Positions 9,598-21,700 of a stretch of 64,000 bases of DNA are shown in pieces. Source of the DNA: a virus (Duplodnaviria > Caudoviricetes); IMG/VR virus record IMGVR_UViG_3300044475_000035, positions 1 through 64,000 of that record; one strand, 5' to 3'. The stretch's first letter is position 1; every line of letters starts with the position of its first letter. Position numbers and translations under genes: made by a program. The notes beneath the pieces are model-generated. The model saw only the letters and a list, made by a program, of their open reading frames with translations. It searched no databases and had not been told where the DNA came from.

Positions 9598-10555
9598 CAA
9601 GTTACAAGAGTTTTATAACGCAAGCTACCCTATTCTAAGAAAGGTTGACAACTCAATTAATATTGAAATCATTAACTCCCTTAGAGCAAATAGTTTATAT
9701 ATTGCAACAACATATTATTCAAAGTATTATGAAGATAACGGTGAGTATGTTAAAACTATTGACTGCACTTTCTATGCTAATTCTGTTAGAAGTTTGAGAA
9801 AGCAATTGAAAGATACATATTTGAAGTATGATTAATTTGAAGGAGATTTAAAATGAGTAATATTATCTCACTATCTTTGTTAAACGAATACATATCTTGT
9901 AATTGTTGGGAGGAGTTTTGTAATGGTGACTACCTAGTGTTGTCAAATAACTATGCTATCCGTATGACCGAAGTTAATGGTGAAGTGTGGTTTGAAGTTG
10001 ACCAAGAACCTTTACTCGATGGTTGTTATTTATTTCAATCTAACAACTTGAAAGATACCCTTGATTGGTGTTATGATAATTTAAATATTGATTTAATGTA
10101 TTACTAGGAGAAGTGAAATGATGAATTGGGGTTCTGTTAATATGAAAGGGAAGTTGACAAAGAAGCTCGGATGTAAGTGTTGTATTGCGTTTAATGGGAA
10201 GAAACTTAAGAAGTATTCAAAAGTTAATGAGAACCTTGAGATTAAGAGAGGTATTAGTGAGCTTGATGTTCATACACTTGATCTCAGTAATGAACCTTTC
10301 TACAAGAACTTATTTCCTAAAGCAAATAAGATTGAATATTATGAAGATGTATATGGTGATTTAGTTCTTGAAGTTGATGGAAAATACTTTGGTTATTTAG
10401 AACAATGGGAAGATTTAATGTCTTTTCAATATTTCACAGGATGTAGCTTTGTTGACCACGAAGATGTAATGAAACAATATTCTGAATACTTAGAAACAAA
10501 TGAACGTGGTGATTGGTTACATAAACAACACAATAAAAAACCTAACAGTGATTAG
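9590..10555 (+). other. three hypothetical CDS (9590-9835, 9853-10107, 10118-10555)
   Basis: ORFs with RBSs; 9853-10107 is a paralog of 57518-57754. Confidence 0.65.
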
Positions 10556-10573
10556 TTGTTAGGTGAGGAGAGT

Positions 10574-10595
10574 GGAGACTTTATAGTCTCCTTTT
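10574..10595. terminator. terminator between convergent blocks
   Basis: GGAGACT-TTAT-AGTCTCC-TTTT. Confidence 0.75.
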
Positions 10596-10617
10596 CTGTT
10601 TTTATTATTATAATTTA

Positions 10618-10875
10618 TTAACGAAATTGGTTATAGAAAGCTTTAGCAAAATCAATAAAACTAATAATAGCTTGTACCCAATTATCCCAATTCTCTCCAA
10701 GATCAATCAAGAAACTTTCTAAAAAAGCTAATACCCAAGCTTTCTTATCTTGTCCTGATTCCTTTTCTGCTTCTGCTGCATCCATTGCATTCAATACAGT
10801 TTGATAAATCTCTTTACCTACTGTAATACCTTGAATCAATACTTCTGCTGTTTCTGCTATTGTTTTAGTTTGCAT
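10618..10875 (-). CDS. lysis-cassette small amphipathic protein
   Basis: Immediately downstream of the endolysin; helical, with aromatic-rich C-terminus. Confidence 0.55.
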   Translation of the reverse strand: MQTKTIAETAEVLIQGITVGKEIYQTVLNAMDAAEAEKESGQDKKAWVLAFLESFLIDLGENWDNWVQAIISFIDFAKAFYNQFR

Positions 10876-10884
10876 TGTATTTCC

Positions 10885-11451
10885 TCATACTAAAGGTTTA
10901 ATACCTAGATGTTCACAGATTACAAGATATACAGCTTTAGCTACTAACCAATACTTATCTTTAAAGGTTTGTAGCTCTGTAGGGTTAGAGATAAACATTA
11001 ACTCTAATATCAATCCTCCATTAGCTACATAACCTAACCTAGAGTGCTGTGATTGCTCTTGTGTAGAGTAACCCTTATCACCCCTAAGCTTTGTTCCTAA
11101 TACGTCTGCTACAGCCTTTGAGAGCTTCTGAGCTAGTAATTTATCTTTAGGTAATGCAATTGTCTCTGTACCACCTGCTGATGTATTAGTAGAAGCATTA
11201 CAATGTATTTCTAGTGCTATCTGTGAACCCTTAATTAACTTAATAGCTTCTGTTAAAGGTAAGTTAGTTACTCCATAACCATCTACTCTTGTGTGTATCT
11301 CTGTATGCTTCTGTAAGTAGGTTAGTACCGCATTTCTAAACATGACAGCTAAGTCAGCTTCTTTAGACCCGTCTTTAGATACAGCCCCACTATCTTTGGC
11401 AGAATGCCCTGCTGTGAGACAGACTACCTTTTGTTTTGTTGTATTTGTCAT
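10885..11451 (-). CDS. endolysin, N-acetylmuramoyl-L-alanine amidase (Amidase_3)
   Basis: LTAGHS..DSGA...E, LEIHCNA, LELMFISN Zn-amidase motifs. Confidence 0.92.
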   Translation of the reverse strand: MTNTTKQKVVCLTAGHSAKDSGAVSKDGSKEADLAVMFRNAVLTYLQKHTEIHTRVDGYGVTNLPLTEAIKLIKGSQIALEIHCNASTNTSAGGTETIALPKDKLLAQKLSKAVADVLGTKLRGDKGYSTQEQSQHSRLGYVANGGLILELMFISNPTELQTFKDKYWLVAKAVYLVICEHLGIKPLV

Positions 11452-11477
11452 AAAACCCTCTAATATTTCTAATCTAT

Positions 11478-12497
11478 TTAATATGCTAACATACCGATAA
11501 TTGTAGGTGGAATGTTAATTGTTCCGTCTGCTGTTGATAGTGCAGTCTTTGCTTCGAATATTGCGTCTACCGTAGATGCTTGTGTTGAATTTGTTATATT
11601 CCCTAAAGCACTAAAACCAATTTGTCGAGCAGGTATTGCAGATAAGTTCCAAGCACTTATGACTTGTAATAACCTAGCTGTTCCTGCTGTACTATAAGCA
11701 TATGGTTTATACGTTTGATTTGTTATTCTGAACAATTCACTATTAGTAGCTACGCTTGTGTTTACATTGAATTGCCCCTTAACCCACAACATGCCTTGAA
11801 ACCTAGCAACTTGTATTGTTTGTGGAGTTACATAAGCTTGTACTGTACCTACTGTTGTTATGTCTACCCATGCAGGGTTGCTAGAACCTCCACCTGAATT
11901 TGTTACTTGGTTTTGTAATTTACCCAAAGCAGATAGAACTGAATCAGTCGGTGTAATAACCCCTCCTGTAGTTGTATTCAACCCTGTCAGAGGTGTTACC
12001 CTAACACGAGCATCTGTAAACCATAAATTAGAAGATTCTGTAATCTGCCCTGTTAATGTACCATGAGGATTACCTGTTGTTTGACTATGATCATAAGCTA
12101 TTTTACCTCTATCTCCTCTGTAAGCATCTGTAGAGGTTTCACCTAATGCGAGTGAACTAGAAGCAGGTAATTGACTCAAAGGTACTTTACCTGCGACAAG
12201 ATCAGCTTTATTTGCTAGTAAGGTATTAACTGTAATTGTATCTGCTTTGAGAGCAATAGTTGTATTTTGTAAAGCATTTTGTGCATCTACATATGTGATA
12301 TTAGCTTTACTTGAAACAGCATTGCTTATCTGAGTATCTGTTTGTACTTTTGTGTAATAGTTAGTTAAATCAGAACCACTACTAGGGTCAACAATAATAG
12401 CGCCAAGGGGGAGATTAAATTCAAGTTCTTGTAAACTAGTAGTGGTTGTCATCTCTATAGGATTCTTCCACATGATTTTAAAAGCTGCATTGATCAT
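11478..12497 (-). CDS. tail fibre / receptor-binding protein
   Basis: KADL..GKVPLSQLP, LGETSTDAYRGDRGK, ESSNLWFTDARVR, DSVLSALGKLQNQ fibre-shaft motifs; beta-rich C-terminus. Confidence 0.75.
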   Translation of the reverse strand: MINAAFKIMWKNPIEMTTTTSLQELEFNLPLGAIIVDPSSGSDLTNYYTKVQTDTQISNAVSSKANITYVDAQNALQNTTIALKADTITVNTLLANKADLVAGKVPLSQLPASSSLALGETSTDAYRGDRGKIAYDHSQTTGNPHGTLTGQITESSNLWFTDARVRVTPLTGLNTTTGGVITPTDSVLSALGKLQNQVTNSGGGSSNPAWVDITTVGTVQAYVTPQTIQVARFQGMLWVKGQFNVNTSVATNSELFRITNQTYKPYAYSTAGTARLLQVISAWNLSAIPARQIGFSALGNITNSTQASTVDAIFEAKTALSTADGTINIPPTIIGMLAY

Positions 12498-12847
12498 GTA
12501 ATACTCTCCACAACATAGAATGAAAAGTCTTGTGAGTGCCTTACACTCCCGTCTAATTCAAACTTAATATCAAATTTAGCTTTACCTACTGACCAACCTT
12601 GTGTAATAGAAGAATCTACTGTAATAAGTAAATAACCTTTATCTTGTACTTGATTAGGATAAGGTGTAATAGTAGGTGTCGCTATAATGTTACCCAGTAA
12701 GTCAACAATCTTTGTTGTAAAATCCATACTAGGTGTAATCTCTACAGCTTCACCTGTTACTGTATTAATTAATTGAATAGGGACATCAAACGAGTCACCT
12801 GTTTTAATATAGGGTTTTGTGTTTGTTGTACAAGATGCTGATTGCAT
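12494..12847 (-). CDS. BppU/LtfC-like fibre-attachment adaptor
   Basis: IKTGDSF...Ig-like pattern ..T..W..G...FDI.....F.V..SIT; coupled to the fibre gene. Confidence 0.65.
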   Translation of the reverse strand: MQSASCTTNTKPYIKTGDSFDVPIQLINTVTGEAVEITPSMDFTTKIVDLLGNIIATPTITPYPNQVQDKGYLLITVDSSITQGWSVGKAKFDIKFELDGSVRHSQDFSFYVVESIT

Positions 12848-12867
12848 TGATGTCTCTCCTATTATAA

Positions 12868-13161
12868 TTATTCTTTTGACATACCTAGTTTATCACTAAC
12901 CCATTTACTGATAACGTGTGTACCTTTATATCCTATAAAACCCCCGATCAATACACCTACACCTTCGGGAATATTAAACCAAGATAAGGCAAACCAAATA
13001 CCATAAGCAAACAATGCACACATAGCACTCTCTAACCAATCTACTTTACCGTGATTCTTAGCTGTACGGAATACAGACATTAAACCTGCTGTTGCAACCA
13101 TAGCGATTAGAAACCAATATTCTAATACTTTTAAACAAATTTCTTGTAATGAATCTTGCAC
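12868..13161 (-). CDS. holin, lambda S-like
   Basis: Three TM segments; LESAMCAL, IGGFIGYKG motifs; basic C-terminus. Confidence 0.8.
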   Translation of the reverse strand: MQDSLQEICLKVLEYWFLIAMVATAGLMSVFRTAKNHGKVDWLESAMCALFAYGIWFALSWFNIPEGVGVLIGGFIGYKGTHVISKWVSDKLGMSKE

Positions 13162-13171
13162 TTCTTTCTCC

Positions 13172-13582
13172 TTATAGGGTCAAGGCATATTGCCAAAATG
13201 AATTAATTTCTTCTTCTGTTTTATCTAATAAATCAAACATAGCTTTAATACTATCAGAAGTTCTTACAAACTCTGTAGATTCTACATATTCGATTTCAAT
13301 TCTTTTCTTCTTTGTTATATCGTTAATAGTAGATATACTGGTTTCTAAATTATCTAACAAACCTTTATCTAGTAAAGCTAGTTTGAATTGTTTACGTGTA
13401 AGAGGTCTTAATGAAACTGTCAGAGCTACTAACTTTTCTTCTTCTGACATGTACTTTTCAGGGTTAATATGTTTATCAACTTCTAACTCTTGCATCAGTT
13501 GCATATCTTCTGTAATGTAATCGTCTTGACTACCGTCAGATTCAAAAGCGTATACCTGATCATTCTTTTTATAATATTTCAT
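13172..13582 (-). CDS. tail fibre assembly-like protein
   Basis: MKYYKK.DQVYAFESDGSQD N-terminus; LTRKQFKLALL...IEY..STEF.R; follows the fibre gene. Confidence 0.65.
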   Translation of the reverse strand: MKYYKKNDQVYAFESDGSQDDYITEDMQLMQELEVDKHINPEKYMSEEEKLVALTVSLRPLTRKQFKLALLDKGLLDNLETSISTINDITKKKRIEIEYVESTEFVRTSDSIKAMFDLLDKTEEEINSFWQYALTL

Positions 13583-14157
13583 TATTTAACCTCAACCCAA
13601 GATTTAATTGTCAACGGAGCTACCCCTTGTAACTCATAAGTACCTCCAACTCTAACAGTGAAGCTTAAACTTTGATCCATGACAAGCGATGAGTCAAGAG
13701 TCCCTATCACTACATTATCCAACTTTAAGAAGGTTGTAGATGCCATATCATAAGTCACAATGAATACGAAAATAGGTTTGCCTGTTGTGTTGGTGTAAAC
13801 AGTGTTAATTGCTCTGTCACCTGTGACATCTTGAGTCGACTGGTTTACACCAAACGCCTGATCATTTAGAACCTTCCCCTGTGCTGCTGTTAAAGCTTGG
13901 TTGGTGTTTGTAGAAGTTAATGTGTTGTTAAATAAACCTGTTGAATTAATGCTTCCTGCCGATGTACCATCTTTTTTAATTAAACTAATTGAGCCGTCAG
14001 CATTAGCTCTACTTGCAGATGGAAAACCACCTACGGTAGCCCCATCATGTACAACAATAACATCTTTTGTTGTATCTACTGTGACTTCGCCTAAAGCCCC
14101 TGTAAAGGTACTATGTTCTGCTGTAGTACCACGTCTTAATTGTAAGCGTTTAGCCAT
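13582..14157 (-). CDS. short tail fibre with an Mtd_N-like N-terminal domain
   Basis: RLQLRRGTTAEHSTFTGALGEVTVDT..VVHDG..GGFP; NTLTST...ALTAAQGKVL; GVNQ..QDVT..R...TVYTNTTGKPI C-terminus. Confidence 0.8.
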   Translation of the reverse strand: MAKRLQLRRGTTAEHSTFTGALGEVTVDTTKDVIVVHDGATVGGFPSASRANADGSISLIKKDGTSAGSINSTGLFNNTLTSTNTNQALTAAQGKVLNDQAFGVNQSTQDVTGDRAINTVYTNTTGKPIFVFIVTYDMASTTFLKLDNVVIGTLDSSLVMDQSLSFTVRVGGTYELQGVAPLTIKSWVEVK

Positions 14158-14165
14158 AAAATCCT

Positions 14166-14783
14166 CTAATAAGTAATATCTGAATCTGTAATACTTCCAC
14201 AGTCAGTAAATGATATAATTGTGTTATCTGTAATTAATCCGTTGTCATCATCTCCACAACAGATTGTATAAGTATACCAAATACTTTGGTACATAGAGTT
14301 TAGATTCTCTAAAGCTGTTTCACTAAAAGAAGCTGCACTTGCATTAAATGCTGTACGTTCTTGTGTTCTTAGCATTGGTGATGTTACACCTTGAACAAGA
14401 GGTTTATCTAAATCGTAAGGAGCTAAACCATTCTCTGCAATAACTAAGTCTAACCAAATACCTGATGCTGTTACGTTGTCACTATAATCTTTAAGTACAA
14501 AATAGATAGAATCAATATTACTTGTAAATTCTAAACTGTTATTGTCATAAGGAATATCTGTAACTGTAGTTTGAGATAACACTGGGAAAGTTCTAATTCC
14601 ATTTAGAACGCCTAAATTAAACTTATTTAAAATCTTTTCATTTACATAAGAACTTAATTGGTTTACTTGTGTTCTGTATGCAGGTAAAGCTTCAAGAAAT
14701 AAAGCTGATTCTGTTACAAAGTTACTAGGGTGACTCAATCTTGTTGGGGCTGTAGGTAGTGCATTAACAATAGGTGCTGTCAT
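14166..14783 (-). CDS. tail tip / fibre-anchor protein
   Basis: Located after the distal tail gene; LPTAPTR..PSNF N-terminus; two acidic DxGxIT motifs at the C-terminus. Confidence 0.6.
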   Translation of the reverse strand: MTAPIVNALPTAPTRLSHPSNFVTESALFLEALPAYRTQVNQLSSYVNEKILNKFNLGVLNGIRTFPVLSQTTVTDIPYDNNSLEFTSNIDSIYFVLKDYSDNVTASGIWLDLVIAENGLAPYDLDKPLVQGVTSPMLRTQERTAFNASAASFSETALENLNSMYQSIWYTYTICCGDDDNGLITDNTIISFTDCGSITDSDITY

Positions 14784-14799
14784 AATATTAATTCCTGCA

Positions 14800-15696
14800 T
14801 TAAACTAATCCTTCCACCCTTAATGTGCATTTACTTACTGTAGGGAATGAAATAGTAGATTTAAAATCATTGTAAAAACCATAAACAATTAAAGGTTCTA
14901 TATCAGGATTACCGATAAACAAACAAGGTACAGAATCAATGTCTTGGAATAACCTTTGAACAAAAGACAAGTTTACATTATCAATATCAATATCGTATTC
15001 GCAGTATTTAGAGTTCTTACGTTTAACTACTGTAACCTTACCAAATTCATCTATATCTTTCCTACTGAAAGATTTCAAACCAAATGAAGTATTATAGTTT
15101 GTTCTACCAACTACACTTTGAATACCGTACACTACTTCACCCACTTCTACTAAACTCGCTCCTGATGAAACATAAACCATGATAGTTGCTGTTGGTTTAT
15201 TTGGTAAGTCTAAGAAGATAGCTGTATTTAAATCTGAGATAGCAACAATAGGAGCAAAGAAGTAAGTGTAATAATCTACCACTTCGTTAGACGATCTTAA
15301 TTCTTTTGTTTGATCATAAACAACACCCTCAACAGGGTCAGTCATAACAACTCGAACAGTAGTTGCGTTTACATTAAGTAAAGCAATACCATTTACAATC
15401 TGACTAGGAGTAAGTTCGAATTGGATACCACCTGTTCTGCTACTTACACTTGATATAACATTATCAAACATTCTATACTTGTTTGTAGCACCTAAATCTA
15501 ACCAATTTGTTTGATCTAAATTAGGAGGTGTTGCTGTAATCCCTGCTACTATTCTTGAATATATCTTATGTTGGTAGATTACTTGATCACCAATATTATA
15601 ACTTGTGTCATCACCCCAATCAGGATATTCATCTTCTGTAATATTGCTATAGGTTAAAATAGCATCTGTTGTTTCTATACTTTTAATAACCCTCAT
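14800..15696 (-). CDS. distal tail / baseplate protein with a CBM5/12-like insert
   Basis: Directly after the TMP; W....Y..GD.V.Y..K.Y and WLDLGATNKYRMFD motifs. Confidence 0.65.
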   Translation of the reverse strand: MRVIKSIETTDAILTYSNITEDEYPDWGDDTSYNIGDQVIYQHKIYSRIVAGITATPPNLDQTNWLDLGATNKYRMFDNVISSVSSRTGGIQFELTPSQIVNGIALLNVNATTVRVVMTDPVEGVVYDQTKELRSSNEVVDYYTYFFAPIVAISDLNTAIFLDLPNKPTATIMVYVSSGASLVEVGEVVYGIQSVVGRTNYNTSFGLKSFSRKDIDEFGKVTVVKRKNSKYCEYDIDIDNVNLSFVQRLFQDIDSVPCLFIGNPDIEPLIVYGFYNDFKSTISFPTVSKCTLRVEGLV

Positions 15697-15795
15697 TGAA
15701 GTTCCTCAAATTTATAATTATTCTTTATATTGTACTAGGAGAGTCGAAACCCTCCATATACGATGTGTATATACTTTATTATACCAAGTATTACT

Positions 15796-18700
15796 TTATG
15801 TAACAACTTTAACAGGTGTATCGTCAGATTCAGTAATAATACCAACCATCATACGATTACCATCATCCCAACGTTCAGTTCTTGAATCAAGCTTTTGAAC
15901 AAACTTAGCAACAGCTAATATCCCTGCATTAAATTCTTCTCTCATAGCTTTCATTTCTGTTTGCATGCTTGAGTTAGTTGTTTCAATAGTAGGTGTAGTA
16001 GTTGTGCTAGTAGATGGAGTTAAGCTTGTATTAGTAACTGTAGTACCTAATCCTTTAGCTTGTAAATCTGCTACTGTTGTCGCAATACCCTGAATAAAGG
16101 CTAAGTCTTTAGCATAGTCTGCACCTGTAGTTGAATACAGCTTGCTTATTTGCATCAAGTCCTTACCTAGTGATACTACCCTAGCAGCAGCTTCCGTATC
16201 GCCCTGTAAAGCGAGTTTAGAAGCGTTTTGGAACTCATTACGAAGGTACTCAAGGTTACGTGGTTGTTCTGTTTCGCCTCTTGCTGCTCTAGCTTGTTCA
16301 GCTAAATCACGTAGAGATTGTACAAGAGCATTCGTTTCGCTATTTGCACTTTCTAAAGCATCTTGTAAGTCATTAAACTCAGGAGCTAACGCAATGATTT
16401 GACCATAAAGCTTTTGACCTGCTTCTGTACTAACATCAATACCATTTACAAGGTTTCTGAAAGCTTTTACATCAGCAGGAAGTTCCTTACCAAATATAGC
16501 AAACTCTTTAGTCAACCTACGAGTAAGTTCAGCAGCTTGTTCAGCAGGAGATAGCATTTCAAAGTAAGCATCTAAACCACTACTTAACTTATCTAAACCA
16601 CCTGCCCCTAAGATCATAGAAGAAGTTAGGTAATCTGCATTCTTACCTGTCATCAAAAGTTGATCTTGCAAATCACGGAGTTGTAATACAAAGCTTGTTA
16701 GTTCTTCTGCTGTACCACTAAAGGTATTTACTAGATCATAGAAACCACCTTTGATATTCTTATTACCCTCTACAAGTAATACTGATTGTCTTACAATCTC
16801 AGCAGCTACATCACCTTGTTTGTTCAAGATGTCTGTGTACTTAATTGCTTTAACATTCAGTCTTTCTGTAAAGTAAGAAGCTTGTTCAACAGATGAAGCT
16901 ACACGCATTAATGTTTCATAATACCCTTCACCTACTTTTTGGAAAGCATCTAAACCTTTAAAACCTTGTTGTGCTAAACTATCAGCAGCAGCACCAAATA
17001 CAGCTTCTAATCGTTCTTGTATCTGTTCACCATTCAAACCTTTAAGATCAATCTTACCGATGTTGATAATAGCAGCTTGTAGTTGCTTCTTAACTTCATC
17101 TGTATTTGCACTTAAAGCTCCTGTAGCTGATACGATAGAATCATAGAATCCTGTAAAGATTAAACCAAACTGATTCTCTAACTCTTGACTAGCAGCAGAG
17201 TATTGTGTACTGTTCTTGGTTGAAGTCGTTACACCTAATGTTTTCTTCTTAGTTTGAACATCTACATATTCTTGTAAGTTAAAACCATTCTGCATAATAG
17301 CCGATAAGCTTTGTGCTCCACCAAACAACCCTTGTCCTTGTACAGTAGTCTTCTTACCAAACAAACCACCCAAGAAACCGCCTAGCATTTTATTGATACC
17401 TAAGAAGTCACCAATACCTGCAAAGAACGTATTACCTGCTTTCTCTAAGAAACTACCAATACTGTTTTGTGTAAAGCCTTCTGAAACATTAAAACCTTTA
17501 CCTGTAGCTCCACGAACAATTAAGTTAGTTACACCACCAATACTACTTTCAATATTTCTAAGAGAAGTAAGCATTGCAGAAGTAAGAGGAAGCATTAAAT
17601 CACTATTGTCAGATAGTAACTCAATACTATTCTTGATACTTTCTGATTGTGCTTCTGAATCACCAAATACAGTACCTACACCTTCGTTAGTAGGTTCAAA
17701 GCTACTTGAACTTCCTGCACTGCCACTAATAGCAATACCGATACCTGCTAATAAAGCAATCATTGCAGCAGCAGAAGCAAACCCAACAGGAGGTGGAGCG
17801 TTAGCAGCAGAAGCAACAGCCCCTTGTGCTTCTACGACATTAAGCCCCATTTGAGCACCTATCTTAGTCGTAACACCTGCTATAAAAGCAACCATGTCTT
17901 TAGCGTACCCTGCTAGTTTAGAAGCAAGCTTCATGGCATCATCTTTCTTTTCCCAAATAGCAAAAGCAATCTTTTTAGCTTGCAATGCCATCTCTAAAGC
18001 AGACACCACTTTGTAACCTTTACTTCCTTCTTTGAAGAAAGCTTTAGCTAGTTTCAATCCTTGACCATAAGCAATATCATTTGTCTCTTCTTTCTGCTTC
18101 TGTAAGTCTTTCTCTAAGTTTACTTGTCCTTCAATTTGTTTAGTAAGTGCATTAGCTGCATCTGTATTACCAAACATTTCTTCTACAAAAGCTTGTGATT
18201 TAAGACTTTGTATTTGTTCAGCAACAATAGATAAGCTTTCAGTTAGTTTAGTATTACCTGAAATAAAAGCATTCAAACCATCTAAAGCTTCTTTGAAAGG
18301 ATTACCAATGTCACCAAATACATCAAAATTAACATTACTGAAATCACCAATAGGGAGAGTCTTTTGTTGTTCCATCTTAGAAGCATAAACTTCTGCAAGG
18401 GTTACTAACTTTCTATTAGCTTCAATACGTTTAGCTTCTTCATCTGTAATGAATAGATAAGTATTCTTAACATCTCTAAGGGTTTCGCTTTCACCTGATA
18501 ACAAACTATTCAAAGAAAGTTGATTCTTAATACGTTCGTTTAATAAATCATTTTCTTCTTGTTGCTTTTGTTGCATCTCAGCTTGTGAAAAGATTAAACC
18601 TGTTGTAGCCCCTGCTAGTTTAGCAACAGCTACGTTAGCAGCAGTATAACCTATAGCAATTGCTTTAGTTAAGATGTTAGACTCTCGTACAAGAGAATTA

Positions 18701-21700
18701 ATCTTAATTTCAGAAGCTTCTGTAGCTTTCTTAACTCTTAGAATTTTCATAGAGTCTTCATACTGTTCACCAAACTCATCAAAGATATTCTTCCCTCCAC
18801 TTAGTTTAGCAATACGAGATAGAGCTACTTTGAATCTAGCTTCTTCTATCCCCATACCTTCACGTAAGTATTGGTTTAAAGTTTCTTGTTCTGTAATTTG
18901 ATCAGACAAAGCGTATGATTGACCAAGTAGAGCATTTGTAATTGCTTTCTCAGCAGCTTCACGACCAATAGCATCATTAGAGAAATTAGCAGCAGCTAAA
19001 GATTTTGCTGTTTCGTAATCTGCACCTGCTTTAGTTAGTTCAGCAATATTGCTTAGTTGACTAACTTGCTCTTTAAGAGATTTTGAATATTCGAGACGAG
19101 CTTCTGCTTGTTTATTACTTAATTGAATCTCAGCAATCTTTTCAGCAACAGATAGGTTGTCTTTATAAATATCAATATATTCTTTCTGACTTGCTATACG
19201 TGCTACGTCTAAATCAGTAACTTGTTCAAGCATCTTCTGATACGTTGAGATTTCAAGGAGTTGTTTATTAAACTTCTCTAAGTCTCTTAGTTCATCTTTC
19301 TTATCTTTCTTGTCCTTTCTTTTTTGTTCTGCACGAGATTGAGTTAACGCATTAACTCTTGCTGCTTCTTCTTGTGCTTGTTTAACAAGAGGGGCATCAA
19401 CTTCTGCGTAATACTTCTTCTTAGTTTCACCAAGTTTCTTGTTCAACTCTAAAGTTTCTTTTGCTTTATCTACAATAACTTGTAACGACTTACGTTGAGG
19501 GTCTGTTGCGTCAAGTTTATTGATTAACTTTTGAGCTGACTCAATTTTCTCAACAGCCTTATCAATAGCACCTTGCGTACCTGCAAACTTTTCATTTACA
19601 CGATCTACAAGCTTCTTAGCGTAGGCTTCATCAAGATCAAACTTTTGCATTAGGTCATAAGTATCTTTACTATCTTGAATAACTTTCTTTAAGTCTGTAG
19701 TAAATTTACTAAGCTTACTTCCTGCAATCTCTACGTTATCCCCCAACTCACTTGATTGATCAGATAAACCCTTAATCAAAGGGGTCGCATTTTGTGCTTT
19801 ATTCCCTGCAATTTCAGTATTAACACCTACTATTTTAGCTGCATCACTAAACGTAATAGCAGATTTAGCTGTTTCATTATAGATGTCTTTTTCCTTTTTA
19901 AAATCTTCTACAATGTTTTTAGGTACGTTTTTGTTTTCAGATAGTAACCTAAGAGCTGTATCGTAACTGAGAACACCTTGTGTCACACCGTTGATGATTT
20001 CTTTTGTCCCCTTGTCCAAACCAAGACCTGAGAATTGACGAGACATAGCGTAACTCTTTAATACGTTCTCTACAGCAGCAGCTTGTTCATCTAACTTCTT
20101 ATTCGTATCATTTAAATCATTTACAATACTAGAGCGAGCGTTTAACTGCTGTTCTTTATTTAAACGTTGATACGCTTCTGTTGTTATATCTACATACTTA
20201 CTTTGTTCAACTAACTTCTGTGTTGCTTCTGCTGAGTTATCTCGTAATACAAGGTATGTTGCAGCAACCCCTGCGATAGTAAGTAAAATACCTGCCCAAC
20301 CACCCATGAATGTGAAAGCTGTTTGAGCAGCTCTACCGAAAGCGGTTACAGCAGTAGCCCCTAAGACAAACGAACGCATAGAGGCTGTTTGAGCAGCAGC
20401 TAAAGCACTTGTTTGATACGCTAGTTTAAGACTTTCCGCACGAGCTAATACCATAGCAACAATGTATCGAGTAATAATAACCGTAGATAATAGTTTGAAA
20501 GCTTCTACAAGATTATCAATATTCTCAGCATTGCCTGTAGCCCAAGCTTTAAATGCTTCACCTGATTCTTTAGCACTCTTAGCGTCATCAATCATACTAA
20601 CACCCATGTCAGCCATAAGCTCACCTAAGTATTTAGTAATTCCTGCACCTTCGTTGAACTCACCAATCAAAGACATGAAACCTGTTTTTAAAGCATTCGT
20701 ACCTTGTTCTAATGTATAACCTAAGCTTTCAGATTCTAAAGAGAGATTATGATACTCTTTAACCAAAGCTCTAGCAATTACTTCTGTTGTTAAAGCTCCT
20801 GCTGATGACATTTCTTTAAGCTTTTGAGCAGCAATGCCACTACCGTCTGCAATAGCTTTTAAGAAGCGTGGAGAAGCTTCTGAGATACTTCTAAACTCAT
20901 CCCCTGCTAATTTACCTGATGCCATAGCCTGAGCAAACTGAATAGTAGCTGATGTTGCTTCCATTACAGTAGCACCACCAATACGAAGTGATTTACCGAA
21001 AGCATCTACCACTTGGTTAGTTGCTGCTGTATTAGCTCCAATACGTTGCATAGCAGGTGCTAACTTAGCATACAGTGCAGCATTTTCTCTTAAACCTACG
21101 TTGTTCTGAATGGCAGATTTAGCTAAGAAAGTATTTACTTCACCTAGCGTTTGAGCATCTTTAATGTAAAGTTTTAAACGTTGTTGTGTAGATGTATATT
21201 CGTCTGCCATTTTAATTGTAGCAGCAATCAAACCAAAGGTTGCCGTCATTGCACCATAAATAGCTGTAGACAATAAAGCATAAGCAGCGATACCTTTAAT
21301 CTGATCAAATGTGCCACTTCCTGTAGAAGGTGTTACCTGACCACGAAGTTCTGCTTGTCTAGCCCTTTCTGCTGCTGCTATTTGTTTTTGTCTTTCTTTT
21401 TCTGCATTCTGTGCTGCTTTTTCTTCAGCAGCTCTTTGAGCAGCAGTTTGACGAGCTAACAGTTCCATATTTTTCTGATAATGTTGCTGCTCAGCAGAGA
21501 ACCTTTTAACACGAGCTTTTTCTGCATCATCTATAACTTTTTGTGCAGCAGCTTTTTGAGATGCAGTTTGCCTAGCAAGCAACTCCATATTTTTCTGATA
21601 TTCGTTCTGAACAGCAGCCATTCTTTTTTGTCTTGCTTTTTCAGCATCATCAATAGTCTTTTGTGCTGCTGTTCGTTGGGCTAATGTCTGCTTGTTTAAC

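Noticed and set aside
13582-14157. Diversity-generating retroelement suggested by Mtd_N-like domains
   Set aside because: No reverse transcriptase and no TR/VR pair with adenine-specific mismatches; the 58.8/59.5 kb repeat differs at all base types
15738-15755. tRNA T-arm fragment after the TMP gene
   Set aside because: It is a simple UUCG-tetraloop hairpin downstream of a TGGTATAAT promoter-like sequence, with no other tRNA arms
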